From Nemertoderma westbladi (lineage: Eukaryota > Animalia > Xenacoelomorpha): a stretch of 39,233 nucleotides of DNA. A program made the position numbers and the translations under genes. Of this stretch, positions 11,859 through 25,900 are shown in pieces. Position 1 is the first letter of the stretch. Each line of letters starts with the position of its first letter. A model generated the notes under the pieces. The model did not search any database and had not been told where the DNA came from. It saw nothing but the letters and a program-made list of their open reading frames with translations. Location of the stretch: positions 1-39,233 of the forward strand of contig JAUCBJ010002498.1 of NCBI GenBank assembly GCA_032718475.1, read 5' to 3'.

Positions 11859-11989
11859 CCCTCATCCAGGTTTCTGGTACTATTCCCAATTCTTCTGTTA
11901 GGGGATTGGGGAAATAATAATTTGTTCCTGGGCTAAAGCCCAGATTTTTACAAATTATAGTAAAACTAAAATTTTTTCGACCTACTTAA

Positions 11990-13098
11990 TAAAGGGAAAG
12001 GAGCAGGTTACATGGGCGGGCATTTCTAACCAAAACAATAAACATTATTATTACAAATTGAGGGAAAGGAGCAGGTTACATAGGCGGGCATTTCTAAGCA
12101 AAACAATAAACATTATCATTACAAATTGAGGGAAAGGAGCAGGTTACATGGGCGGGCATTTCTAACCAAAACAATAAACGTTATCGTTACAAATTGAGGG
12201 AAAGGAGCAGGTTACATGGGCGGGCATTTCTAACCAAAACAATAAACGTTATCATTACAAATAGAGGGAAAGGAGCAGGTTACATGGGTGGGAATTTCTA
12301 ACCAAAACAATAAACATTATCATTACAAATTGAGGGAAAGGAGCAGGTTACATGGGTGGGCATTTCTAACCAAAACAATAAACGTTATCATTACAAATAG
12401 AGGGAAAGGAGCAGGTTACATGGGTGGGAATTTCTAACCAAAACAATAAACATTATCATTACAAATTGAGGGAAAGGAGCAGGTTACATAGGCGGGCATT
12501 TCTAACCAAAACAATGAACATTATTATTACAAATTGAGGGAAAGGAGCAGGTAACATGGGCGGGCTTTTCTAACCAAATCAATAAACATTATCAGTACAA
12601 ATTAAAGGACAGGAGCAGGTTACATTGGCGGGCATTTCTAACCAAAACAATAAACGTTATCATTACAAATTGAGGGAAAGGAGCAGGTTACATTGGCGGG
12701 CTTTTCTAACCAAAACAATAAACGTTATCATTACAAATAAAGGGACAGGAGCAGGTTACAAGGGCGGGCATTTCAAACCAAAACAATAAACATTTTCATT
12801 ACAAATTGAGGGAAAGGAGCATGTTACGTTGGCGGGCATTTCTAACCAAAACAATAAACGTTATCATTACACAAATAAAGGGACAGGAGCAGGTTACATT
12901 GGCGGGAATTTCTAACCAAAACAATAAACATTATCATTACAAAATGAGGGAAAGGAGCTGGTTACATGGGCGGGCTTTTCTAACCAAAACAATAAACATT
13001 ATTACAAATTAAGGGAAAGGAGCAGGATACATGGGCGGGCTTTTCTAACCAAAACAATAAACATTATTATTACAAATTGAGGGAAAGGAACAGGTTAC
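11990..13098. repeat. 68-bp tandem array, block 1 (~16 units)
   Basis: GAGGGAAAGGAGCAGGTTACATGGGCGGGCATTTCTAACCAAAACAATAAACATTATCATTACAAATT. Period 12001->12069. Confidence 0.97.
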
Positions 13099-14697
13099 CT
13101 TGATCTACTACCTTAACCGGCTTCTTTCCAAAATTTATAATTTAGCATCGACACAAAATGGTAATTTGCCGATATAGGATTTACATCAAATTTCCCTCTC
13201 GTACTTACATATCATAATGAGCTAGACTGATAGCATATAAAAACCTTAGTCATCTATAACAACCTTAACGCATATTAAGTCCTACAAGTTTTAAATGTCG
13301 AATTTCGTACTGAAATTCTACCTATATTAAGGTTATCTACAATAATTTTTAGTGCCACCTTATAATGTTTTTGGTTATACTGGTCCGGAACTCAAATTAT
13401 TGTATCCTTACCGGTAGCTGAATTAAATCTTATAAACTATTAAACAATTATTATTAACAATAAACAATTAAACAATAATTATTATTATGCTCGAAAACTC
13501 TTATAGAGCGCTCGGGCTATCTTAAAGTTGGAGACAGGGGGGGAAACTGGGCGCAAATCCCTTACTGGCGAATTAATATCCCGTCTCAATGTTAAATTCC
13601 CAATTTAGGGAAAGACGCATGTTACAGTGGCAAGTTATTTTAACCAAAACAATAAACTAAACACTATAGAACAGGTTACAGTTTTATTTTTGAGAGTAAT
13701 TATCAGTTATTTGCGACCAACTTCCCCTGGAGAGGGATTAATTTTTATTGTGTCCAGTTTCATCCCCTATTTCTAAAATTGTAAATTTTAGTAAGATATT
13801 TATTATCGCTTGAAATATATGATACACAACATCTTGGCACGCTGCAGTACGCAGCAACCTTTTTTCAATAAGTTATTATTTAAAGAGGTGAGCCACTGAT
13901 GCAACTGACTGTTCTGTTTAAAAAATATACTAACACCCACCCACCACCCGTAATTAAACTTAAAATGAATTTGTATACCTGAGTTTTATTTTTTTGTGGT
14001 TCGGCCAGCCATTCCTGAATGGCTGGCTGAACAATAGGGAAATAATTAAATTAAAATAAAATAAAGTAGTGCCACGGGTGATAAAAAGTATTAGGTAGAA
14101 TGTTTGCAAAATTGTACTCCTTCGTGAAACTATCAACAACTAATATAAACTAGGTGGGTAATATTATTCAATAGTCCGAGTAAAAATCCCTGTAAACTTA
14201 ATATTTATTCGACAACATTGGATTTGAGTAACATCTACCAGCCATCACCAGCATTGGATGTGTGTGATAGGCTCTGATAGGACGTTGTCTTAGCAACGCA
14301 GGGCTGTAGGTGTGTTCATCTACCTGGGTTCCCTATACAGACTACAAGATAAGCCCAACCCAAGCCTTTAGTAGCCAAGGTAGATATTAGTAACATTCCT
14401 GGAAGTCAAACCGAGTCTCCCTGTCAACATGAAGAGACCAACCAATCAGATCTTGCGGATTTTGAAATTTAGGCGGAATCTACCATCTCTTTGTCCTTGT
14501 ATAACATATATCTATACCAATATACTATAGATCAGTAGATGGACTCAATATCCGTTTAGACTGTGGATTGTTTAATATTAAGCGACTGGTATTACGCTGT
14601 ACTTAACTTAATATATGAATACAATTTAACGTTTTTCGTTTTGATATTATTATTAATTAATTTAATTTATACCGTAATTCATTAACTACTATGGGTA

Positions 14698-14812
14698 ATG
14701 GGTAAGGCAAAGAGACACCCAACCTGCAGTCTCTGTGGAGGAGAAGAACCTCCTCGGCACCACAGACGTAATAAATGTCCTCGATTGCTGGAAAGTCGGA
14801 ACCATGGCACCG
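14698..14812 (+). CDS. Putative first coding exon of gene B: basic N-terminus plus CCHC zinc-knuckle-like motif
   Basis: ATG...MGKAKRHPTCSLCGGEEPPRHHRRNKCPRLLESRNHGT, then a G|GTAAGT donor (phase 1). GC-richer island in AT-rich DNA. Confidence 0.65.
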
Positions 14813-15314
14813 GTAAGTGAATTATACTTATCAACGTAGGCTTGTCTAATAGGCCTAATATTTTAATTCTTAATTATCTTGAAATTTAATAATGGTATGA
14901 GCCTACCATAGATTACCAATTTCTGAATTTGTTAATTATTTAATTGGGGTGTTTGTTTCAGTGTAACACACTTAACTGTTAGTGGTAAGTGTCCTATATG
15001 GAATACCGGTAGGCCTAATGACAAAATGCGCGTCACACAGGTTCATGTTAATTGAAAAGCGCGCCAGCAATGTCTTGCAATGCGATCCAACCGCCAGCCA
15101 ACCTGTTTTGGCCTTGACAAATAAATTTTGGAATAATTTGATTGATTGATACTGACTGATACTGTATTTTTCCTTATTTCATCATAAAATGCGATTGTTG
15201 AGCGTAGTGAGCAAGAAAATTTCACCGAAATATGATCATTTTAACTGGTACCATTTTAAGTATATTTTAAGTATTTTGAAATACATCAGTAACATATACA
15301 GTATACATACAATA

Positions 15315-17420
15315 AGCAGTCACTTTACCAAATCAGCGCAAGGAGCAGGTTACAGAGACGGGATTTTCTAACCAAAACAATAAACGATAACATTACCAAT
15401 CGAGATAAAGGAGCAGGTTACATAGGCGGGTTTTTCTAACCAAAACAATAAACAGTCACTTTACCAAATCAGGGAAAGGAGCAGGTTACAGATACGGGAT
15501 TTTCTAACCAAAACAATAAACGATCACTTAACTAATTGAGGGAAAGGAGCAGGTTACAGAGGCGGGATTTTCTAACCAAAACAATAAACAATCACTTAAC
15601 TAATTGAGGGAAAGGAGCAAATTATAGAGGCGGGATTTTCTAACCAAAACAATAAACGATTATTTAATTAATTGAGGGAAAGGGGCAGGTTACAGAGGCG
15701 GGATTTTCTAACCAAAACAATAAACGATCATTTAACTAATTGAAGGAAAGGAGCGGGTTACAGAGGCGGGATTTTCTAACCAAAACAATAAGCAGTCACT
15801 TTACTAAATCAGGGCAAGGAGCAGGTTACAGAGACGGGATTTTCTAACCAAAACAATAAACGATAACATTACCAATTGAGATAAAGGAGCAGGTTACATA
15901 GGCGGGTTTTTCTAACCAAAACAATAAACAGTCACTTTACCAAATTAGGGAAAGGAGTAGGTTACAGAGACGGGATTTTCTAACCAAAACAATAAACAAT
16001 CACTTAACTAATTGAGGGAAAGGAGCAGGTTACAGAGGCGGCAATTTCTAACCAAAACAATAAACGATCACTTAACTAATTGAGGGAAAGGAGCAGGTTA
16101 CAGAGGCGGGATTTTCTAACCAAAACAATAAACGATCATTTAATTAATTGAGGGAAAGGGGCAGGTTACAGAGGCGGGATTTTCTAACCAAAACAATAAA
16201 CAGTCACTTTACCAAATGAAGGAAAGGAGCACGTTACAGAGGCGGGCCTTTCTACCCAAAACAATAAACGATCATTTAACTAATTGAGGGAAAGGAGCGG
16301 GTTACAGAGGCGGGATTTTCTAACCAAAACAATAAGCAGTCACTTTACTAAATCAGGGCAAGGAGCAGGTTACAGAGACGGGATTTTTTAACCAAAACAA
16401 TAAACGTTAACATTACCAATTGAGATAAAGGAGCAGGTTACATAGGCGGGTTTTTCTAACCAAAACAATAAACAGTCACTTTACCAAATTAGGGAAAGGA
16501 GTAGGTTACAGAGACGTGATTTTCTAACAAAAACATTAAACGATCACTTCACTAATTGAGGGAAAGGAGCAGGTTACAGAGGCGGCAATTTCTAACCAAA
16601 ACAATAAACGATCACTTAACTAATTGAGGGAAAGGAGCAGGTTACAGAGGCGGGATTTTCTAACCAAAACAATAAACGATCATTTAACTAATTGAGGGAA
16701 AGGGGTAGGTTACAGAGGCGGAATTTTCTAACTAAAACAATAAACGATCACTTAACTAATTGAGGGAAAGGAGCAGGTTACAGAGGCGGGATTTTCTAAC
16801 CAAAACAATAAACGATCATTTAACTAATTGAAGGAAAGGGGCAGGTTACAGAGGCGGAATTTTCTAACCAAAACAATAAACGATCATTTAACTAATTGAG
16901 GGAAAGGGGCAGGTTACAGAGGCGGGATTTTCTAACCAAAACAATAAACAGTCACTTTACTAAATGAAGAAAAGGAGCAGGTTACAGATGCGGGCCTTTC
17001 TAACCAAAACAATAAACGGTCACTTTACCAAAGCAGGGAAAGGAGCAAGTTACAAAGACGGGTCTTTCTAACCAAAACAATAAACGATAATTTAACTAAT
17101 TGAGGAAAAGGGGCAGGTTACAGAGGCGGGATTTTCTAACCAAAACAATAAACAGTAATTTTACTAAATGTAGGAAAGTATCAGGTTACAGAGGCGGGCC
17201 TTTCTAACCAAAACAATAAACGGTAACTTTACCAAATCAGGGAAAGGAGCAGGTTACAGAGGCGGGATTTTCTAACCAAAACAATAAACAGTCACTTTAA
17301 TAAATGAAGGAAAGGAACAGGTTACAGAGGCGGGCCTTTCTAACCAAAACAATAAACGGTCACTTTACCAATTCAGGGAAAGGAGCAGGTTACAAAGGCG
17401 GGATTTTCTAACCAAAACAA
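15315..17420. repeat. 68-bp tandem array, block 2 (~31 units, diverged subfamily)
   Basis: GAGGGAAAGGAGCAGGTTACAGAGGCGGGATTTTCTAACCAAAACAATAAACGATCACTTAACTAATT. Same orientation as block 1. Confidence 0.97.
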
Positions 17421-17580
17421 GCGGTCAGCCGGTAGGCCTACCAGTACCGTATTTAAATGGTAGGCTACACAGTAGGCCTACACAGCAGTACCGGTGCCGG
17501 TACCGGTACTAAAATACCTAAAATACCTGCTTTATACCTACATCTGTACATGCAATACTACAAAATAGTGCTCTATATAC

Positions 17581-17788
17581 TAATACCGGTACTGCAGTAC
17601 TGATAGCCTGAGAGAACAGCAGTAGAGAAACCGGAAGCATGGAACCTAACGGTAAATTTCTGGAGGACATAAAAAAGTAAAAAAAAAAATAATACCGGTA
17701 CTGATTAGCCTTAGAGAACAGCAGTAGAGAAACCGGTAGCATGGAACCTAACGGTAGATTTCTGGAGGACATAAAAAGTAAAAAAAAA
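17581..17788. repeat. Tandem duplication of a ~100-110 bp unit
   Basis: gagaacagcagtagagaaaccgg.agcatggaacctaacggta.atttctggaggacataaaaagtaaaaaaaaa occurs twice. Confidence 0.9.
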
Positions 17789-18046
17789 GGACAAAAAAAG
17801 GATTTAAACGGACAATAAAAATTATTGCGATATAATAATACACTGCCTTCCATTCTTTATCACAATACAGTAATAACTTAAAAACAATCCATGTAAAACA
17901 ATCCTTTCAGCCTTTAGGCCTACCCAGTTACCAATTGGATCGCCAATGAAAAATATTGAATTTTTTACATTTTATATTTACACTTTTACAATTTACATAC
18001 TGGTAGGCATACTATGGTCTTTGCAAAGGAACACTGCTGCACTGTG

Positions 18047-18602
18047 GGGCGAGCCACGAAAGTAAGCGAGCTTATCGTACAGGTAGCACTATTTAAACCT
18101 CGTGTCTGTCTGTCTGTCGGTCAGTCGGTCTGTCTACTAATCTTTCAAAGCTAATTTTTCAGGAACTATATGTCCACTCTCTTAAACTGAAACTTAGTAG
18201 AACTGACCGATGTAAAAATTATAGAAAAGTTAGAGTATATTGGTGTCTTCAATTTCATGGTCCGCCTCTAGGGGGCGCATCACTTAGTCTAGGCTTAATA
18301 ACTTGAGAACCACTTCTTCAATCTCGATGAAACTTTCACAGAATGACCTATGGAATGTTCTTAATTCAATGAGGCAATTTCATGGTCTGCCGCTAGGCGG
18401 CGCTAAATATATCTAAATAGGAGATATGAGCATCAAAACTCTAATTTTTTTGCAACAAACATGTAGGAAGGCTTATGTAGTATTATGCCAAAAGCAACAA
18501 AGTTCTGCGGTTAACAGCCCTTTATGGCGCTGTGACTGGTAGTGTATTCTCCCGATCTTAATGGCCTATTTGTATAAAGTGGTCCGATCTCGCTCGACCT
18601 AG
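18047..18602 (+). mobile_element. Probable non-autonomous Helentron/DINE-1-like element
   Basis: Short subterminal inverted repeat GGGCGAGC ... GCTCGACC, (GTCT/GTCG)n microsatellite at 18103-18135, an internal repeated block, and an end at CTAG. Boundaries are approximate. Confidence 0.55.
18265..18403 (+). promoter_or_regulatory. Two CTCF-consensus-like motifs
   Basis: CCTCTAGGGGGCGC (18265-18278) and CCGCTAGGCGGCGC (18390-18403) versus the CTCF core CCASYAGRKGGCRS. Confidence 0.5.
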
Positions 18603-19068
18603 AACTATTAATTGTTGTATAAACTTGCATTGGACAAATTTACTGCAATAACAACCCCTTCCTATAATTGTTTAGGACACCGATAATCCAGATTATATTT
18701 GTCATAAAAAATATACTAAATTGCAATAGTCATACTATTTACATACTTTTGTGACATACAAGTATCAAATTACATTGCGCTGGTCTGAGTTGTTTGTAAC
18801 ACGAGAACGAGTGAGTGAGTGTAAATAATGAATGATACGAGGTTTGTAACATTGTGTTAGTTGTAGAGTACCTTGTAATAACTGTTACAATGGCATCATG
18901 TTATCCTAACCACAACAATAAACTATAGCCAATAAAACACCGACACTGTTTTATTTTCTTATATTAAGCTGCGTCATTTGTAGCTTTTCGTTTCTTTAAA
19001 ATAAATGTTTGTTTGTATTTTATCTTATCTAACTAATATAATTATTGTCTTTATTATTTCGAACATAG

Positions 19069-19167
19069 AATGTATGGAAAGTCAAGATAGTAATATCGCA
19101 GAGGCAGAACACATATCAAGGTCAACCCGTGACACTAACGATGCTACAATTCCTTCAGACAATCCAG
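19069..19167 (+). CDS. Putative 99-bp symmetric (phase 1-1) exon of gene B, copy 1
   Basis: CATAG| acceptor and CAG|GTTAGA donor. Open frame ECMESQDSNIAEAEHISRSTRDTNDATIPSDNP. Confidence 0.55.
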
Positions 19168-19522
19168 GTTAGATTTCTTATATTAATTAATATACTATTG
19201 CTATACATGGGAGGGTGGGGGGGGGGGGGGGGGGGGTGAAGGGTTGATATATTGATGCAACTCCTAAGTAGGTAAATTATTATTATATCATCTCATAGAA
19301 TCAAAAATTTTAAATTTTAATTAAGAGAAAGTAGCAGGTTAAAGTGGCATATTATTATAACCAAAACAATAAACAGAGTCAATGACACACACCGACATTG
19401 TCAAATTTTTTATCGTATTGAACTGTGTCACTTTTAGCTTTTCGCTTCTTTAAAGTAAATTTTTGTTTGTATTTTATCTTATCTAACTAATATAATTATT
19501 GTCTTTATTATTTCGAACATAG

Positions 19523-19621
19523 AATGTATGGAAATTCAAGATAGTAATATCGCAGAGGCAGAACACATATCAAGACCAACCCGTGACACTAACGATGCCA
19601 CCATTCCTTCAGACAATCCAG
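19523..19621 (+). CDS. Putative 99-bp symmetric exon of gene B, copy 2
   Basis: Same splice sites. Open frame ECMEIQDSNIAEAEHISRPTRDTNDATIPSDNP. Confidence 0.55.
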
Positions 19622-19932
19622 GTTAGATTTCTTATATTAATTAATATACTATTGCAATATAGAGACATGGTAGGGTGGGGGGGGGGGGGGGGTTAGGAAT
19701 GAAGGCTTGGGATATTGATCTCATAGAATCAACAATTAAACTTTTGATTAAGGGAAAGGAGCAGGTTACAGTGGCATGTTATTGTAACCAAAATAATAAA
19801 CGAGAGTCAATAACCAACAACGGCACTGATTAATTTTTCTCGTATTAAGATGTGTTAATTTATTTTTGCATTTCTTTAAAATAATTTTTTGTTTGTATTT
19901 TATTTTGTTTTGTTTGTTTTATGTATTTGTTT

Positions 19933-22900
19933 GTAATTATATTTACTACCATTGAACCCCCGTTTGTTACCAGTTATATGCCCCACTGGTAGTATTCTGG
20001 AACCTTAACTTCGTATGACTAAGTTATATCAAATAGACCACCAAGTAATTATATTTACTACACTTGTATCCCCGTTTGTTACCAGTTATATGCCACACTG
20101 GTAGTATTCTGGAACCTTAACTTCGTATGACTAAGTTATATCAAATAGACCACCAAGTAATTATATTTACTACACTTGTATCCCCGTTTGTTACCAGTTA
20201 TATGCCACACTGGTAGTATTCTGGAACCTTAACTTCGTATGACTAAGTTACATCAAATAGACCACCAAGTAATTATATTTACTACACTTGTATCCCCGTT
20301 TGTTACCAGTTATATGCCCCACTGGTAGTATTCTGGAACCTTAACTTCGTATGACTAAGTTATATCAAATAGACCACCAAGTAATTATATTTACTACACT
20401 TGTATCCCCGTTTGTTACCAGTTATATGCCACACTGGTAGTATTCTGGAACCTTAACTTCGTATGACTAAGTTATATCAAATAGACCACCAAGTAATTAT
20501 ATTTACTACCATTGTACCCCCGTTTGTTACCAGTTATATGCCACACTGGTAGTATTCTGGAACCTTAACTTCGTATGACTAAGTTATATCAAATAGACCA
20601 CCAAGTAATTATATTTACTACACTTGTATCCCCGTTTGTTACCAGTTGTATGCCCCACTGGTAGTATTCTGGAACCTTAACTTCGTATGACTAAGTTATA
20701 TCAAATAGACCACCAAGTAATTATATTTACTACACTTGTATCCCCGTTTGTTACCAGTTATATGCCCCACTGGTAGTATTCTGGAACCTTAACTTCGTAT
20801 GACTAAGTTATATCAAATAGACCACCAAGTAATTATATTTACTACCATTGAACCCCCGTTTGTTACCAATTGTATGCCATACTGGTAGTATTCTGGAACC
20901 TTAACTTCGTATGACTAAGTTATATCAAATAGACCACCAAGTAATTATATTTACTACCATTGTACCCCCGTTTGTTACCAGTTATATGCCACACTGGTAG
21001 TATTCTGGAACCTTAACTTCGTATGACTAAGTTATATCAAATAGACCACCAAGTAATTATATTTACTACACTTGTATCCCCGTTTGTTACCAGTTATATG
21101 CCCCACTGGTAGTATTCTGGAACCTTAACTTCGTATGACTAAGTTATATCAAATAGACCACCAAGTAATTATATTTACTACCATTGTACCCCCGTTTGTT
21201 ACCAGTTGTATGCCATACTGGTAGTATTCTGGAACCTTAACTTCGTATGACTAAGTTATATCAAATAGACCACCAAGTAATTATATTTACTACCACTTGT
21301 ACCCCCGTTTGTTACCAGTTATATGCCACACTGGTAGTATTCTGGAACCTTAACTTCGTATGACTAAGTTATATCAAATAGACCACCAAGTAATTATATT
21401 TACTACCATTGTATCCCCGTTTGTTACCAGTTATATGCCACACTGGTAGTATTCTGGAACCTTAACTTCGTATGACTAAGTTATATCAAATAGACCACCA
21501 AGTAATTATATTTACTACCATTGAACCCCCGTTTGTTACCAATTGTATGCCATACTGGTAGTATTCTGGAACCTTAACTTCGTATGACTAAGTTATATCA
21601 AATAGACCACCAAGTAATTATATTTACTACACTTGTATCCCCGTTTGTTACCAGTTATATGCCATGCTGGTAGTATTCTGGAACCTTAACTTCGTATGAC
21701 TAAGTTATATCAAATAGACCACCAAGTAATTATATTTACTACACTTGTATCCCCGTTTGTTACCAGTTATATGCCACACTGGTAGTATTCTGGAACCTTA
21801 ACTTCGTATGACTAAGTTATATCAAATAGACCACCAAGTAATTATATTTACTACCATTGAACCCCCGTTTGTTACCAATTGTATGCCATGCTGGTAGTAT
21901 TCTGGAACCTTTACTTCGTATGACTAAGTTATATCAAATAGACCACCAAGTAATTATATTTACTACACTTGTATCCCCGTTTGTTACCAGTTATATGCCA
22001 CACTGGTAGTATTCTGGAACCTTAACTTCGTATGACTAAGTTATATCAAATAGACCACCAAGTAATTATATTTACTACACTTGTATCCCCGTTTGTTACC
22101 AGTTATATGCCCCACTGGTAGTATTCTGGAACCTTAACTTCGTATGACTAAGTTATATCAAATAGACCACCAAGTAATTATATTTACTACCATTGAACCC
22201 CCGTTTGTTACCAATTGTATGCCATGCTGGTAGTATTCTGGAACCTTTACTTCGTATGACTAAGTTATATCAAATAGACCACCAAGTAATTATATTTACT
22301 ACACTTGTATCCCCGTTTGTTACCAGTTATATGCCATGCTGGTAGTATTCTGGAACCTTTACTTCGTATGACTAAGTTATATCAAATCGACCACCAAGTA
22401 ATTATATTTACTACACTTGTATCCCCGTTTTTACCAGTTATATGCCTCACTGGTAGTATTCTGGAACCTTAACTTCGTATGACTAAGTTATATCAAATAG
22501 ACCACCAAGTAATTATATTTACTACACTTGTATCCCCATTTGTTACCAGTTATATGCCCCACTGGTAGTATTCTGGAACCTTAACTTCGTATGACTAAGT
22601 TATATCAAATCGACCACCAAGTAATTATATTTACTACCATTGAACCCCCGTTTGTTACCAATTGTATGCCATGCTGGTAGTATTCTGGAACCTTTACTTC
22701 GTATGACTAAGTTATATCAAATAGACCACCAAGTAATTATATTTACTACCATTGTATCCCCGTTTGTTACCAGTTATATGCCTCACTGGTAGTATTCTGG
22801 AACCTTAACTTCGTATGACTAAGTTATATCAAATAGACCACCAAGTAATTATATTTACTACACTTGTATCCCCGTTTGTTACCAGTTATATGCCGCGCTT

Positions 22901-25900
22901 GTAGTATTCTGGAACCTTTACTTCGTATGACTAAGTTATATCAAATAGACCACCAAGTAATTATATTTACTACCATTGTATCCCCGTTTGTTACCAGTTA
23001 TATGCCGCGCTGGTAGTATTCTGGAACCTTAACTTCGTATGACTACTTTATATCAAATAGACCACCAAGTAATTATATTTACTACCATTGTATCCCCGTT
23101 TGTTACCAGTTATATGCCCCACTGGTAGTATTCTGGAACCTTAACTTCGTATGACTACGTTATATCAAATAGACCACCAAGTAATTATATTTACTACCAT
23201 TGTATCCCCGTTTGTTACCAGTTGTATGCCCCACTGGTAGTATTCTGGAACCTTAACTTCGTATGACTAAGTTATATCAAATAGACCACCAAGTAATTAT
23301 ATTTACTACCATTGTATCCCCGTTTGTTACCAGTTGTATGCCATACTGGTAGTATTCTGGAACCTTAACTTCGTATGACTAAGTTATATCAAATAGACCA
23401 CCAAGTAATTATATTTACTACCATTGTATCCCCGTTTGTTACCAGTTATATGCCCCACTGGTAGTATTCTGGAACCTTAACTTCGTATGACTAAGTTATA
23501 TCAAATAGACCACCAAGTAATTATATTTACTACCATTGTATCCCCGTTTGTTACCAGTTATATGCCACACTGGTAGTATTCTGGAACCTTAACTTCGTAT
23601 GACTAAGTTATATCAAATAGACCACCAAGTAATTATATTTACTACCATTGTATCCCCGTTTGTTACCAGTTATATGCCCCACTGGTAGTATTCTGGAACC
23701 TTAACTTCGTATGACTAAGTTATATCAAATAGACCACCAAGTAATTATATTTACTACCATTGTATCCCCGTTTGTTACCAGTTATATGCCTCACTGGTAG
23801 TATTCTGGAACCTTAACTTCGTATGACTAAGTTATATCAAATAGACCACCAAGTAATTATATTTACTACCATTGTATCCCCGTTTGTTACCAGTTATATG
23901 CCACACTGGTAGTATTCTGGAACCTTAACTTCGTATGACTAAGTTATATCAAATAGACCACCAAGTAATTATATTTACTACCATTGTATCCCCGTTTGTT
24001 ACCAGTTGTATGCCCCACTGGTAGTATTCTGGAACCTTAACTTCGTATGACTAAGTTATATCAAATAGACCACCAAGTAATTATATTTACTACCATTGTA
24101 CCCCCGTTTGTTACCAGTTGTATGCCATACTGGTAGTATTCTGGAACCTTAACTTCGTATGACTAAGTTATATCAAATAGACCACCAAGTAATTATATTT
24201 ACTACCATTGTATCCCCGTTTGTTACCAGTTGTATGCCATACTGGTAGTATTCTGGAACCTTAACTTCGTATGACTAAGTTATATCAAATAGACCACCAA
24301 GTAATTATATTTACTACCATTGTATCCCCGTTTGTTACCAGTTGTATGCCATACTGGTAGTATTCTGGAACCTTAACTTCGTATGACTAAGTTATATCAA
24401 ATAGACCACCAAGTAATTATATTTACTACCATTGTATCCCCGTTTGTTACCAGTTGTATGCCACACTGGTAGTATTCTGGAACCTTAACTTCGTATGACT
24501 AAGTTATATCAAATAGACCACCAAGTAATTATATTTACTACCATTGTATCCCCGTTTGTTACCAGTTGTATGCCATACTGGTAGTATTCTGGAACCTTAA
24601 CTTCGTATGACTAAGTTATATCAAATAGACCACCAAGTAATTATATTTACTACCATTGTATCCCCGTTTGTTACCAGTTGTATGCCATACTGGTAGTATT
24701 CTGGAACCTTAACTTCGTATGACTAAGTTATATCAAATAGACCACCAAGTAATTATATTTACTACCATTGTATCCCCGTTTGTTACCAGTTGTATGCCAT
24801 ACTGGTAGTATTCTGGAACCTTAACTTCGTATGACTAAGTTATATCAAATAGACCACCAAGTAATTATATTTACTACCATTGTATCCCCGTTTGTTACCA
24901 GTTGTATGCCATACTGGTAGTATTCTGGAACCTTAACTTCGTATGACTAAGTTATATCAAATAGACCACCAAGTAATTATATTTACTACCATTGTATCCC
25001 CGTTTGTTACCAGTTGTATGCCATACTGGTAGTATTCTGGAACCTTAACTTCGTATGACTAAGTTATATCAAATAGACCACCAAGTAATTATATTTACTA
25101 CCATTGTATCCCCGTTTGTTACCAGTTGTATGCCATACTGGTAGTATTCTGGAACCTTAACTTCGTATGACTAAGTTATATCAAATAGACCACCAAGTAA
25201 TTATATTTACTACCATTGTATCCCCGTTTGTTACCAGTTGTATGCCATACTGGTAGTATTCTGGAACCTTAACTTCGTATGACTAAGTTATATCAAATAG
25301 ACCACCAAGTAATTATATTTACTACCATTGTATCCCCGTTTGTTACCAGTTGTATGCCATACTGGTAGTATTCTGGAACCTTAACTTCGTATGACTAAGT
25401 TATATCAAATAGACCACCAAGTAATTATATTTACTACCATTGTATCCCCGTTTGTTACCAGTTGTATGCCATCACTGGTAGTATTCTGGAACCTTAACTT
25501 CGTATGACTAAGTTATATCAAATAGACCACCAAGTAATTATATTTACTACCATTGTATCCCCGTTTGTTACCAGTTGTATGCCTCGCTGGTAGTATTCTG
25601 GAACCTTAACTTCTGTATGACTAAGTTATATCAAATAGACCACCAAGTAATTATATTTACTACCATTGTATCCCCGTTTGTTACCAGTTGTATGCCATCA
25701 CTGGTAGTATTCTGGAACCTTAACTTCGTATGACTAAGTTATATCAAATAGACCACCAAGTAATTATATTTACTACCATTGTATCCCCGTTTGTTACCAG
25801 TTGTATGCCATACTGGTAGTATTCTGGAACCTTAACTTCGTATGACTAAGTTATATCAAATAGACCACCAAGTAATTATATTTACTACCATTGTATCCCC

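Larger units (their letters stand above)
18905..19900. repeat. Tandem segmental duplication, ~454-bp offset (two copies plus a partial third)
   Basis: Each unit contains an AT-rich intron end, a 99-bp exon, a G tract and one 68-bp-family monomer. Confidence 0.9.

Noticed and set aside
12806-13012. ORFs in 68-bp repeats (also 34481-34735) and in the 17518-17853 duplication
   Set aside because: The translations simply mirror the repeat units.
14962-14984. Micro-exon between TTTCAG and GTAAGT in gene B
   Set aside because: It is 23 nt long, not frame-preserving, and introduces TAA in phase 1. It could be a decayed exon but cannot be supported.
20006-20028. loxP-like site (TAACTTCGTAT...AAGTTAT) in every 112-bp monomer
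   Set aside because: It matches 11 bp of one loxP arm and 7 bp of the other, but spans only ~22 bp rather than 13-8-13. No tyrosine recombinase is present in the window. Treated as coincidence.
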